A stretch of DNA of 64,000 nt from Methanomassiliicoccaceae archaeon (GTDB taxonomy: Archaea > Thermoplasmatota > Thermoplasmata > Methanomassiliicoccales > Methanomassiliicoccaceae). The stretch is taken from positions 992,001-1,056,000 of the forward strand of contig JAXGZN010000001.1 of NCBI GenBank assembly GCA_040776945.1, in the 5' to 3' direction. Below are positions 47,526 to 57,737 of the stretch, piece by piece. The translations under genes and the position numbers were made by a program. The notes below the pieces were generated by a model. The model worked only from the letters and a program-made list of their open reading frames with translations. It did no database searches and had not been told where the DNA came from. Numbering within the stretch: the stretch's first letter is position 1; every line of letters starts with the position of its first letter.

Positions 47526-48599
47526 AGGGCGGCAGCGGAGGATATTGCCCATCCTGCGCGGTCCTAGCACCCGCATGGAGAACTCAAGACGTCCAGTGCC
47601 GCCGAAGAACAGGGAGGCCAGCATCTTGGTGTGCACCGCAGTGCGGAGGGGCTTGTACACCTGTCGCTTCCAGCTCTCCTCATAAGTGGAGAGCGGGGTG
47701 CCCTTGACGAGGTGGTCTGCTATGGTCCGTCCGGCAATGCGGCCGCATATCATGGCGATGGGGATCCCCCCGCCGTTGACGGCCATCACATGGCCTGCGG
47801 CGTCGCCGACCAGCAGGCCTGACGAGGTGAAGGTCCGGGAGACCGGGCCGTTCGATGGGACGTACTTACCGACCGGCCTTCCGGTCACTTCCAGCTTCCT
47901 CATGCGAAGGAACTCCTGGAAATAATCTCCCACCCTCCCATCGGAGAACTTAGGCGCCACGCCGACCCCTACGTTGGCGCCGTCCCTCTTCGGCAACACC
48001 CAAGCGTAAGCTCCAGGGGCCAATCCGCCGAAGTACATTTCCATGATCGGCTCGAACGGACCGATCGCCTGCGAGGTGACCGCTGGATACATATCCTCGT
48101 TGCGCGGCAGACCGAGCCCCCTGGCCACCTTGGAGTTCGGGCCATCTGCGCCCACGACCACCTTGGCCCGATAGACCTCGTCCCTGGTCCTCACTTCGGT
48201 ACCTTCGACAGAGGTGACCATGCTCGAGGTGCGGATGAATGCGCCGGCCTTCACCGCTTTCGACGCCAAATGTTGATCGAAACGGTTACGATCGGTGGTG
48301 TACCCAAGGAAGGGGATATCGAAGCCACGCGAGCGAGGCGACATTATCCGGATTAGGTCGATCTCCCGGGAGACAAGTGACGATGGGATGTCGAACACCG
48401 GTTCAAGGTCCTCGGCGTCAGGAAAGGTGGCCTTGATCTCATCAAGGACCGGAAGGAACTCACCGCATGCTACCGGCTCTCCGATCGCTCCCTTCCTCTC
48501 GAGAACCAGCACTCTCGCACCACCGAGCGCTGCATGTTCCGCGACGCTCGAACCGGCAGGTCCGGAGCCGACGACCACCACATCGAACTCGTCGTTCAT
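47514..48599 (-). CDS. Geranylgeranyl reductase family flavoprotein
   Basis: VVGSGPAGS, PVACGE, GADG, YAWVLP, VGDAAG-NGGGI. Confidence 0.9.
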   Translation of the reverse strand: MNDEFDVVVVGSGPAGSSVAEHAALGGARVLVLERKGAIGEPVACGEFLPVLDEIKATFPDAEDLEPVFDIPSSLVSREIDLIRIMSPRSRGFDIPFLGYTTDRNRFDQHLASKAVKAGAFIRTSSMVTSVEGTEVRTRDEVYRAKVVVGADGPNSKVARGLGLPRNEDMYPAVTSQAIGPFEPIMEMYFGGLAPGAYAWVLPKRDGANVGVGVAPKFSDGRVGDYFQEFLRMRKLEVTGRPVGKYVPSNGPVSRTFTSSGLLVGDAAGHVMAVNGGGIPIAMICGRIAGRTIADHLVKGTPLSTYEESWKRQVYKPLRTAVHTKMLASLFFGGTGRLEFSMRVLGPRRMGNILRCRPSFP

Positions 48600-49570
48600 C
48601 AGTTCGTCCGCTCCAGGACGGTTCCGGCAAGGGCTATCAGCGAGTCCTTGTACGGCGATGACGGTATGATGTCAAGGGCCTTCACCGCATCGTCCCTGAA
48701 CTTCCTAGCATGTTCACGAGCCAACACGACAGCGTCGGTGGCGCGCACCAGATCGAGGACCTCTTCTATCTCGGCCGAGGTCTTCACATCCTTCTCGAAC
48801 ACCTCGGAAATGCGGCTCGAGCCGGGGTACCGTCCTTGCATAGCGATCATGAGCGGAAGGTTGGCCTTGCTGTCCAGAACGTCCATCCCCGGCGGTTTGC
48901 CGACAGATGTGAGTTCCCCGGTCACGTCCAAGATATCATCGACGATCTGAAAGGCATATCCTATGCCTAGGCCAAACCGTCCCAGGGCCTCGATCTCATC
49001 TACCGTCCCCCCTCCGATGAAGGCTCCCACCCGAGCGCCGGCCTCGATGGGCTTGGCCGTCTTCCCCCCGATGATGCTCATGTAGGTGTCCAGGGGCGTT
49101 TCCGAGCGGCGTTCCATCTCGATCTGCAGTATCTCGCTCTCGGCCATCGCGGAGCAGGCGTCGGCAACCATCTCCACTATCGCTTGGGTCTCCATGGCCC
49201 CGCCCAGGCGGAACCCCTGCACGAACAGGAAGTCGCCGGCGATAAGCGCCTGCTGCAGGCCATATTTGCGATATGTGGCGACAGTGCCTCGCCGGGTGTC
49301 CGCTCCATCGTTGATGTCGTCATGGACCAGGGTGGCAGAATGAATAAGCTCGAAAGCGGCAGCAAGTTTGATGATCTTTTCCTTCTCCTTCCCGCCTACG
49401 CTATGGAACGACAGGAGGGCGATCCCGGGACGCATCCTCTTGCCTCCTGAGTCGATGACATGCAAGGCGATCTCGGTCAAAATGGGCTGTCGGGACCGGA
49501 CGCTCTGCCTGATCTCCGCTTCCACTAGGTGGAGGTCATCGACTATGAGAGCGTCCCAGCATGCTGCCAT
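48599..49570 (-). CDS. trans-Polyprenyl diphosphate synthase
   Basis: GGKRMRP, ATLVHDDIND..RRG, GKTA, FQIVDDILD. Confidence 0.93.
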   Translation of the reverse strand: MAACWDALIVDDLHLVEAEIRQSVRSRQPILTEIALHVIDSGGKRMRPGIALLSFHSVGGKEKEKIIKLAAAFELIHSATLVHDDINDGADTRRGTVATYRKYGLQQALIAGDFLFVQGFRLGGAMETQAIVEMVADACSAMAESEILQIEMERRSETPLDTYMSIIGGKTAKPIEAGARVGAFIGGGTVDEIEALGRFGLGIGYAFQIVDDILDVTGELTSVGKPPGMDVLDSKANLPLMIAMQGRYPGSSRISEVFEKDVKTSAEIEEVLDLVRATDAVVLAREHARKFRDDAVKALDIIPSSPYKDSLIALAGTVLERTN

Positions 49571-49717
49571 GGGCCGTGATAATACCGAGGGATTACTTAA
49601 CGCTTATCGGGTTCCCAAGCGGTCCTGCGCTAGATGCTCTCCTTTTCTGAAGGCCGGGCCGACCTACGACACGTCCCTTGACAATATTTATGACCGTCCA
49701 GTTCCGAAAGTAACCGC

Positions 49718-50146
49718 ATGATGGAGAGTACCGAACAGGCAACGGGGGCCCGCGTAGGCGAGTTCATGAGCCGCGATCCCGCAACGGTGCCCTACGAGGG
49801 AACACTGGACGATGCCCTAATGGTCATGATCGAACGAGGGCGGAACAGCGTACTGGTTATGGACGATGGTCGCCTGGCAGGTCTGATAGACGACACGGAC
49901 ATTGGGCGCTTGGTGGCAAAGAGCGTGGACATCAAGAGAGCGTTGGTCCGTGACTTCGTGACAGCATGCGTACTGACCGGCAATCAGCCGTGCGTGCAGA
50001 TCAAGCAGGACGACACTGTGATGAACGCGCTGCGGGTCATGGACTCCTGGACGGCACGCCAGATCGTAGTGGTGGATGAAAAGGACGAGGTGGTCGGGAC
50101 GATTTCCGTCCTCGACGCCCTAAAAGGTTGGAAGAAAAAGGTTTGA
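49718..50146 (+). CDS. CBS-pair protein
   Basis: VGEFMS-P, LAGLI, VVDE-VVGTISV-D. Confidence 0.85.
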   Translation: MMESTEQATGARVGEFMSRDPATVPYEGTLDDALMVMIERGRNSVLVMDDGRLAGLIDDTDIGRLVAKSVDIKRALVRDFVTACVLTGNQPCVQIKQDDTVMNALRVMDSWTARQIVVVDEKDEVVGTISVLDALKGWKKKV

Positions 50147-50148
50147 GA

Positions 50149-51621
50149 TCATCCCAGCAGCGGGACCAGGGCCCTGGCGGCCTGCTCGCATAGATCGATA
50201 ACCGGCTCTGGCCAGATGCCGATAGCGATGGTGGCGACCAGGCATATGGCGATCGCGGCGGACAGGGACAGCGGTATCTTCAGTCTTTCTGTGGTGGGGC
50301 CATCGTCCACGAACATGTACTTAACCACGCGTGCGTAATAGTACAGGGACAGGGCACTGTTCAGGATACCCGCTATCGCCAGCCACACCATCCATCCTTG
50401 GTCCACGACCTGCGAGGCGTCGATGGCCGAGGAGAACAGGAACACCTTGGACCAGAACCCTGACAGCGGCGGTATGCCGGCCAAGGCGAACAGGAAGATG
50501 CCCATGGACAGCGCAACGAGCGGCGCCCTGCGGCCAAGTCCTTTGTAGTCCGCGATGCTCTCACCCAGCGCCACGTAGGACAGCGCGGCCACGACCATGA
50601 ACGCCCCGCCCTTCATGAAGGCGTGGGTTATGATGTGGAAGATGCTGCTCTCCACAGCGAACTGGGATGCTACGGCTATGGCGATGATCATGTATCCGGC
50701 CTGGCCGATGGACGAGTACGCCAGCATGCGCTTGATGTTGGTCTGCTGCAGCGCCACCACGTTACCGATGGTCATTGTCAGGATGGCCAAGATGGCGGCC
50801 AGAATCTGCCAGTCGGCCTTAAGGGCGATCAGCGCTACAAGGAACACCTTGAACAGCAGCACCATCCCCATCTTCTTGGAGCCGGCCGCTAGCAGGCCTG
50901 AGATGGGCGTAGGCGCTCCCTCGTACACGTCCGGGGCCCACTGATGGAAGGGCACTATTGCCACCTTGAACCCGAACCCTGCGAGGAGCATCGCTATGGC
51001 TAGCCATGCAGCGGGGTTCAGTCCCGAGGACATAGCGGCAAGGCCTGAGTTGATGCCCTCAAGGTTGGTGGTCCCGGTGATCCCATACAGCAAGGAGATG
51101 CCATATAGGGACAGCGCCGACGACATGCCGCCGATGACCAGGTACTTGACCGCGGCCTCCGCGCCCCGCTTGTCCCTCTTGCGGAAGGCGACCAGTGCGT
51201 AGGAGGAGAGCGATGCGGTCTCCAGGCCGACGAACAGAGAGATCAGGTCTACGGCCATGGCCACAACGATCATGCCAGAGGTGGCCAGCATGATGAGGGA
51301 GAAGTACTCGGCCTGATGGCGGTCCTTCTCGATGTACCTGGCAGAGGCCAGCACGACATACAGGGCCACGAACTGGAACACCAGCGCGAACAGGGCAGCG
51401 AAAACGTCGAGCCGCAGCAGCAGGACGGTCTCCCCGCCCATCATCGCCGGATATCCGTTGAGCATATAGTAGATCACGAAGCCCATGGAGGAAAGGATGC
51501 CCACCACGGAGACCCCGGCCAATGACCGGCTGGATTTGGCCACCAGGTTCACCGCGGGCAACGCCGCGGCAAAGATGACCATTACCAGCACAGGATACAA
51601 CGCACTATAGTCTAGAGCCAT
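50149..51621 (-). CDS. fpoN: Fpo/Nuo subunit N
   Basis: [39 protein letters not shown]. Confidence 0.95.
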   Translation of the reverse strand: [490 protein letters not shown]

Positions 51622-51622
51622 T

Positions 51623-53119
51623 TTAGATCACCCCGGTCAGTATGCGGGGAATCGACGGCACGATGATGTCCATCACCAGTCTAGGATAGATGCCGAACAG
51701 TGCGATGAGGCCGATAAGTACCGCCAGAGGGACGGTCTCGAACCAGTAGGCATCGTGAATGTGTTCGGTATCTATCTTGGTGGTCAGGCTGCCGAATATC
51801 GACCTCTGCATGGCCCATATATAGTACGCGGCGGTCAGCGCCACGCTGGCGATGGGGACTATCACCCAAAGGTCGAAGAAGTCGTAGGTGGCGGTGAACA
51901 CCGAGAACTCGGCCACGAACCCCACCAGACCAGGAAGCCCCAGGGAGGCCATGAACCCGATCATCATTACCGTTGACAGTACGGGTACTTTCGGCGCCAG
52001 GCCGCCCAGCAGAGGTATCTCCCTCGTGCCGGCCTTATGCTGGAACATGCCGCAGGTCATGAAGAGGACGGCCGTTATCAATCCATGGGCGAACATCTGG
52101 AACACTGCCGCGGCCATACCTAGATCGGTCAGGGTGGCGATACCAAGGAGCACTATTCCCATATGGCTGATCGACGAGTATGCGACCATCTTCTTCAGGT
52201 CGGTCTGCGCCAGGCAGGCGAACGCGCCATAGACGATGGACAGTACGCCGATGATCGCAATGAGCACCTGCGCCTCGACCGTGATGTCGGGGAAGGTGAA
52301 CACGCAGATCCTGATGATACCGTACGACCCCATCTTTAGCAGAAGGCCGGCCAGAAGGACCGATCCAGCGGTAGGGGCCTGAACGTGAGCGTCCGGTAGC
52401 CAGGTGTGGAAGGGCACCATCGGCATCTTGACTATGAAGCCGAAGAACAGCGCAGCATAGATGATCAGCTGCAGGGCATGCCCGATGTCCCCGGACACCG
52501 AGGCTATCTCTATCATGTCGAAGCTGGGGGCTCCCAACAGGGGGCTCGCCGTGAAGTACAGGGCGAATATGCCCAGCAGCATGAACAGCGAGGCCACGTG
52601 AGTGTATATGAAGAACTTGATGGAAGCATATGCTCGGCTCGGTCCTCCCCATATCGCTATGAGGAAGTACATCGGGATCAGCACGACCTCCCAGAATATG
52701 TAGAAGAGGAAGTAGTCCAGAGCCGTGAACACGCCCAGCACTCCGACGTCCAGCAGCAGCATGAGCCCCATGTACGAGCTGGTCCGCTCCTCGACATCCC
52801 ACGAGAACAGGATGGCCAGGAAGACCAGCAGGGCCGAAAGGAACACCATCAGCATGCTTATGCCGTCGACGCCCAGGTGGTAAGATATGCCCAACATGGG
52901 CACCCAGTCATATGCCTCATCGAACTGGAACTCCGTGCCCAGCGGGGCGCTGAGCGAGAAGTTCATGATAATGAGGGTCGCGATGACCAAGGTGATCCCG
53001 GAAAAGACCAGGGCCAGGTACCTTGCGGCCTTGGCATGCTTGCCCGCTGCGAACGTCATCATCGATCCGATCAGAGGAACGATCAGCAGCAGGGACAGTA
53101 TGGGGAAGTTCTCGAACAT
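51623..53119 (-). CDS. fpoM: Fpo/Nuo subunit M
   Basis: FYIFWE, KMPMVPFHTWLPDAHVQAP, LLKMG-YG. Confidence 0.95.
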   Translation of the reverse strand: MFENFPILSLLLIVPLIGSMMTFAAGKHAKAARYLALVFSGITLVIATLIIMNFSLSAPLGTEFQFDEAYDWVPMLGISYHLGVDGISMLMVFLSALLVFLAILFSWDVEERTSSYMGLMLLLDVGVLGVFTALDYFLFYIFWEVVLIPMYFLIAIWGGPSRAYASIKFFIYTHVASLFMLLGIFALYFTASPLLGAPSFDMIEIASVSGDIGHALQLIIYAALFFGFIVKMPMVPFHTWLPDAHVQAPTAGSVLLAGLLLKMGSYGIIRICVFTFPDITVEAQVLIAIIGVLSIVYGAFACLAQTDLKKMVAYSSISHMGIVLLGIATLTDLGMAAAVFQMFAHGLITAVLFMTCGMFQHKAGTREIPLLGGLAPKVPVLSTVMMIGFMASLGLPGLVGFVAEFSVFTATYDFFDLWVIVPIASVALTAAYYIWAMQRSIFGSLTTKIDTEHIHDAYWFETVPLAVLIGLIALFGIYPRLVMDIIVPSIPRILTGVI

Positions 53120-53120
53120 C

Positions 53121-55091
53121 TTAGATCACGCCTCCGAAGAGGAAGAGGAGGATGACGATGATCGACACCCCCGCTACTACGAGGGCCGCATAGGATTGCA
53201 CGAAGCCGGTCTGGCCTCTGCGAACTATGTTGCCCACCTTTATGGTCACAATGGCGAACCCGTTGACGATCCCGTCGATGACCTTCCGGTCGAACCAGTC
53301 CACCGCCTTAGCAACTCCGTAGACGACCTTGAGCCCGATCCAGTCGTAGGCGGCGGTGAAGCCGTACCTCGCCAGGAGCAGACCGTAGATCTTCCGGCGG
53401 GCTGGGGTGGCCACGAAAACGTCGGGGTTTATGGACCTCTTCCTGTACATCAGGTATGCAAGGAAAATGCCAAGCACGGCCGCGATGATGGATAGGTACG
53501 TCAGGACGTCGGTGAACACGATCTCCAGGATCTGCGTCCACGTTTCCGCATGGGGGTGGAACATGGTAGGTTGTATGGCCTCGGAGAACCCGAAGAACAA
53601 GGCGAACCCGGAACCGAACGCCAGCGCGGCGAGTATGGCCAGCGGCACCCACATTACCTTGGGAGACTCATGCGCATGGTCGTACACGTGATGGTCCCTA
53701 GGCTCTCCGGCGAAGGTCATGTACCATAGGCGGAACATGTAGAAGGCGGTCATGAACGCCGTCAGGATGCCCATTATATAGAGCACATAGAACAGCGGAT
53801 TCTCCGCGCCAGTCTCGAACACCACTGCCAAGATCTCATCCTTGGACCAGAACCCTGACAGTGGCGGTATGCCTGCTATGGATATGCAACCGATCAGCAT
53901 CACCAAGGAGGTTATCTTCAGCTTCTTGGACAGTCCTCCCATCAGCCTCATGTCCTCGGTGTGCACAGCGTGTATGACCGCGCCGGCGCTCAGGAAGAGC
54001 AGGGCCTTGAAGAACGCATGGTTCATCAGGTGGAACATGCCGGACATGAAGCCGGCGTTGGTTTCCTGAGTGTGGAAGAACAGGTATCCGCCGGTGCCCA
54101 GCGCTAGGAACATGTAACCCAGCTGGCTGATGGTCGAGTAGGCGAGCACCCGCTTGATGTTGGGGTTGTTCAACGCCATGGTCGCCGCCATTAGTGCAGT
54201 TATGCCTCCGATGATGGCGATGATGAGCATCGTGTTCGGCGTCTCCACCATGACAGGGTAGGTCCTCGCCACAAGGTAGACACCGGCCTTGACCATGGTC
54301 GCAGCATGGATGAGGGCCGACACGGTGGTCGGGCCCTCCATGGCATCCGGCAACCAGTCATGCAGGGGGAACTGCGCGGACTTGCCGATCGCCCCGCCGA
54401 AGATGAAGAACGTTCCCAGGGTGAGCAGGTCGTTCCCCCCGAGGAAGGCGTCCACGTTGTTGAAGATATAACTGAAGTCCAGGTTGCCTTGGAACCCGAC
54501 GAAGAAGATGAACAGGCCCAGCATGAACATGATGTCCCCGATCCTGGTCACCAGGAACGCCTTCTTGGCCGCAGAGGCGGCAGAAGGCTTGGTGTTCCAG
54601 AAGCCGATGAGCAGGTAGGAACATAGGCCGACGATCTCCCAGAAGATGAACATCTGCAGGAAGTTCGAAGACAGGACCAGTCCGAGCATTGCGCATATGA
54701 AGAGGGAGATCTCCGCGTAGTAGCGGCGCTTCTTCTCGCCCTCCTCATGCATGTATCCGACGGAATAGATGACGACCAGGGTGGAAATGAAGGACACCAC
54801 GATCAGCATCAGGGCGGTCAGCGTGTCGATGTATATGCCCATGTTGAAGGTGAACCCGGGTACTGTCATCCAGTTCATGGACTGTATGAACGTGCCGCCG
54901 GGGTAGCCACCGGTCAATATCTCGAACGCCACCATTAGGGACAGGAAACAGGCGACCGCAGCCATCAGGATGGCGAAATAACCGCCGTTCTCGATCCTCT
55001 TGAACGCCTTGTTGCCCAAGAACCCGACTACGACGAAGGATATCAGCGGGATGATGGGGATCAACCAGGCCAGCTCGCTCCAGTACATCAT
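53121..55091 (-). CDS. fpoL: Fpo/Nuo subunit L
   Basis: [40 protein letters not shown]. Confidence 0.95.
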   Translation of the reverse strand: [656 protein letters not shown]

Positions 55092-55393
55092 TACCACCTC
55101 AGGAGGTTGACCTCGTCAAGGCCGATGGTGTCTCTGGCCTTGTACAGGTTCAGCACTATTGCCAAGCCTACCGCGACCTCCGCGGCGGCTATCGCGATCG
55201 ATACGAGAGCGAACACCATGCCGTTCATGTTGCCCGAATAGGCGGAGAACGCCACGAAGTTGATGTTCGCGGCATTCAACATCAGCTCGATGCACATCAG
55301 CACGACGATGGCGCTCTTGCGCGTGAGGACGCCCACCGCTCCGATGATGAACAGGATGGCCGAAAGGCCAATGAAGTACTCTATCGCTATCAT
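55091..55393 (-). CDS. fpoK: Fpo/Nuo subunit K
   Basis: IELMLNAAN, AAAEVAVGLA. Confidence 0.95.
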   Translation of the reverse strand: MIAIEYFIGLSAILFIIGAVGVLTRKSAIVVLMCIELMLNAANINFVAFSAYSGNMNGMVFALVSIAIAAAEVAVGLAIVLNLYKARDTIGLDEVNLLRW

Positions 55394-55620
55394 TCGTTCT
55401 CCTCCTGGGCGATGAACACTCCTCCCAGCATGGACACGAACAGCACGATGCCGACTATGAGGACGGCAAGGCCGTACTCGTTGAACAATATGCTGCTAAG
55501 CTCGTTGTTGTCGGTCTCGACCAGTGAACCGGCCGGCCATTGAGCGGCCATAAGCGATCCGATCACGAGGACCAGGAACGCCACCAGAGTGATACCGATC
55601 AGGACGTTGCGCCTATTCAT
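55390..55620 (-). CDS. fpoJ: Fpo/Nuo subunit J, C-terminal part
   Basis: LFNEYGLAVLIVGIVLFVSMLGGVFIA; position between the J N-terminal part and K. Confidence 0.85.
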   Translation of the reverse strand: MNRRNVLIGITLVAFLVLVIGSLMAAQWPAGSLVETDNNELSSILFNEYGLAVLIVGIVLFVSMLGGVFIAQEENE

Positions 55621-55885
55621 CTCGGCCACCTCCCAGCAGGCGGCGCTTGGTTAGCATGATACCGAACAGCATCAGGACAGCCACCGCGCCGACGTATATC
55701 GTTATCTGGATGATCGCAAGGTACTCCGCGCCCAGGAAGAGATAGGTGAATGCCACTCCCAGGAAGGCCAGGGTAAGCCACATGACGCTCCTGACGATCT
55801 CCTTGGACCATAGCACGGCCAGGGCCGCGATTATCGTTACCGCGGCAACGAACAGGAAAATGATGAAATCCCATGGCAGCGGCAT
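55613..55885 (-). CDS. fpoJ: Fpo/Nuo subunit J, N-terminal part
   Basis: AEYLAIIQITIYVGAVAVLMLFGIML. Confidence 0.9.
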   Translation of the reverse strand: MPLPWDFIIFLFVAAVTIIAALAVLWSKEIVRSVMWLTLAFLGVAFTYLFLGAEYLAIIQITIYVGAVAVLMLFGIMLTKRRLLGGGRDE

Positions 55886-56637
55886 CACTGCACCTCCTGC
55901 ATGGTCAGGGCGTCCTTGGGACATACTTCGACACAGGTCTCGCAAGAGACGCACTTTTCCTTGTCGAAGACGGGCCTCTTGATCGGCCTGCCCTTCTCGT
56001 TTACCCCGACCTCTACCATCTTGACTGCCCCCACTGGGCAGTCCTTGGCGCACCGGGAGCAGCTTATGCACTTCTTGTCATCCACAACCGGTAGGTCAAC
56101 GTGTTCCACGTGCCGCCGGGGGGCGACCCCCTTGTTAAGCTCCGAGGGCAATATCTCTTCGATATGCACCTCGTTCCCTGGAACCCCTGGGAACTGCAGC
56201 TTGTACGGATCGTAGATCATTTCCTCCCTAGTGTAGGCGGCCAGCTCATACTCCGGCGTGACGATCATCGCGTCAGTGGGGCAATATTCAGCGCAGAAGC
56301 CGCACATCATGCACCTGCCAACGTTGACCCTGGGGCGCTTGACCTTCTTCGGGGGTTTCCCCTCCTCGTGCTTGAGGTCATCGACCTCAACCAGCTCAAT
56401 GCACCTGTTTGGGCAAATGCGCATGCAGATGCCGCACCCGATGCACTTCTCGAATATCAGTCCTGGCCTACCGCGGAACACATCCGGGAGGACAAGCTTC
56501 TCCCAGGGGTATTGAACGGTATTGGGCCGGTTTATGGTGGACTTCAAGGTCTGTTTCGCCGTAACAAGCATGGGCTTCAGGATGTAGGCGGTCAGACCGA
56601 ACTCCTTCTCTCTTCTTGACTTTTCCTTCCTCGCCAT
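55885..56637 (-). CDS. fpoI: Fpo/Nuo subunit I with extra C-terminal 2x[4Fe-4S] domain
   Basis: TVQYP, CIGCGIC-CP, CMMCGFC-CP, plus CISCSRC-CP and CVSCETC-CP. Confidence 0.93.
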   Translation of the reverse strand: MARKEKSRREKEFGLTAYILKPMLVTAKQTLKSTINRPNTVQYPWEKLVLPDVFRGRPGLIFEKCIGCGICMRICPNRCIELVEVDDLKHEEGKPPKKVKRPRVNVGRCMMCGFCAEYCPTDAMIVTPEYELAAYTREEMIYDPYKLQFPGVPGNEVHIEEILPSELNKGVAPRRHVEHVDLPVVDDKKCISCSRCAKDCPVGAVKMVEVGVNEKGRPIKRPVFDKEKCVSCETCVEVCPKDALTMQEVQ

Positions 56638-57737
56638 CAGAATACCCCCGCGGTCTTGAACACGATTGCGATGGCGATGTTGATCGCGGCCAGGGGCAAG
56701 AGCCTCTTCCATCCAAGGTTGAGGATCTGGTCGGTCCTGACCCTGGGCAGAGCGCCCCTGACCCAGATGATTATGCCAAACACCATGAACACCTTAAGCA
56801 GGAACCAAAGCCCGACAGGTATGACGTTCAAGAAATCGGGCATGTCCCATCCTCCAAGGAAGACGAGGGTGATGATGGAAGATCCAACGAACCCCCTGGC
56901 ATACTCTGACATCATGATAAGTCCGAACCTCATCCCACCATACTCGGTGCCCCATCCTTCCACCAGCTCGGCTTCCGCCTCCGGCAGGTCGAAAGGGACA
57001 CGTTCCAGCTCGGCCACCATCGATATGACAAAAGTGAAGGCCCCGATGATCATCGGAGCGATGAGCCAGACATTGTCCTGCTGCCATTGCACTATCTCAA
57101 AGAAGTTCAGGCTGCCGGTGAGGATGACCACTCCGACGACCGACAGAAGGAGCGGCACTTCGTAAGCGATAATCTGGGCCGCCGCCCGCATCCCTCCGAT
57201 GAGGGTGTATTTATTATTAGAGGCCCAGCCGCCGAGCAGCACGGCGAAGGGCACTATGCCGAACAGCGCCAGCGTGAGCAGGAGGCCCAACTGGGGGTTC
57301 GATACATAGAAACCCGGGCTGTAGGGCAAGGTCACGAACATCATCAGAGAGGTCCCGATGATGACCACGGGAGCAAGGTTGTACACCAAGCTGTCCGCGG
57401 CCTCGGGAACGATGTGCTCCTTCACCAGGACCTTCAAGGCATCAGCGAAGTTCTGGAACAGGCCGATGGGACCTACCTGAGTACCGCGCCGGTCCATCAG
57501 CCGGCCGAGGGTCTTCCTCTCCTGCCAGATCAGAGTGATCGATACCAGCATGCCCACTACGAACACGATGAGCGCCACTATCAAGATGGTGACGAAGTTC
57601 AGGACGCCGGGGCTGCCCAGCCAGGCCTCGAGGCCATGGAATCCGAGCCATCCGACGAACGCTCCGATTATGTCGACCAACAGCCAGTGGATGAGGCCGC
57701 CCAATAACTGCCAAATATCCAGGTACATCGAGATCAC
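56637..57737 (-). CDS. fpoH: Fpo/Nuo subunit H
   Basis: ERK, GP-GLFQ-FADALK, SNNKY, R-PFDLPEAEAELV. Confidence 0.95.
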   Translation of the reverse strand: MISMYLDIWQLLGGLIHWLLVDIIGAFVGWLGFHGLEAWLGSPGVLNFVTILIVALIVFVVGMLVSITLIWQERKTLGRLMDRRGTQVGPIGLFQNFADALKVLVKEHIVPEAADSLVYNLAPVVIIGTSLMMFVTLPYSPGFYVSNPQLGLLLTLALFGIVPFAVLLGGWASNNKYTLIGGMRAAAQIIAYEVPLLLSVVGVVILTGSLNFFEIVQWQQDNVWLIAPMIIGAFTFVISMVAELERVPFDLPEAEAELVEGWGTEYGGMRFGLIMMSEYARGFVGSSIITLVFLGGWDMPDFLNVIPVGLWFLLKVFMVFGIIIWVRGALPRVRTDQILNLGWKRLLPLAAINIAIAIVFKTAGVF

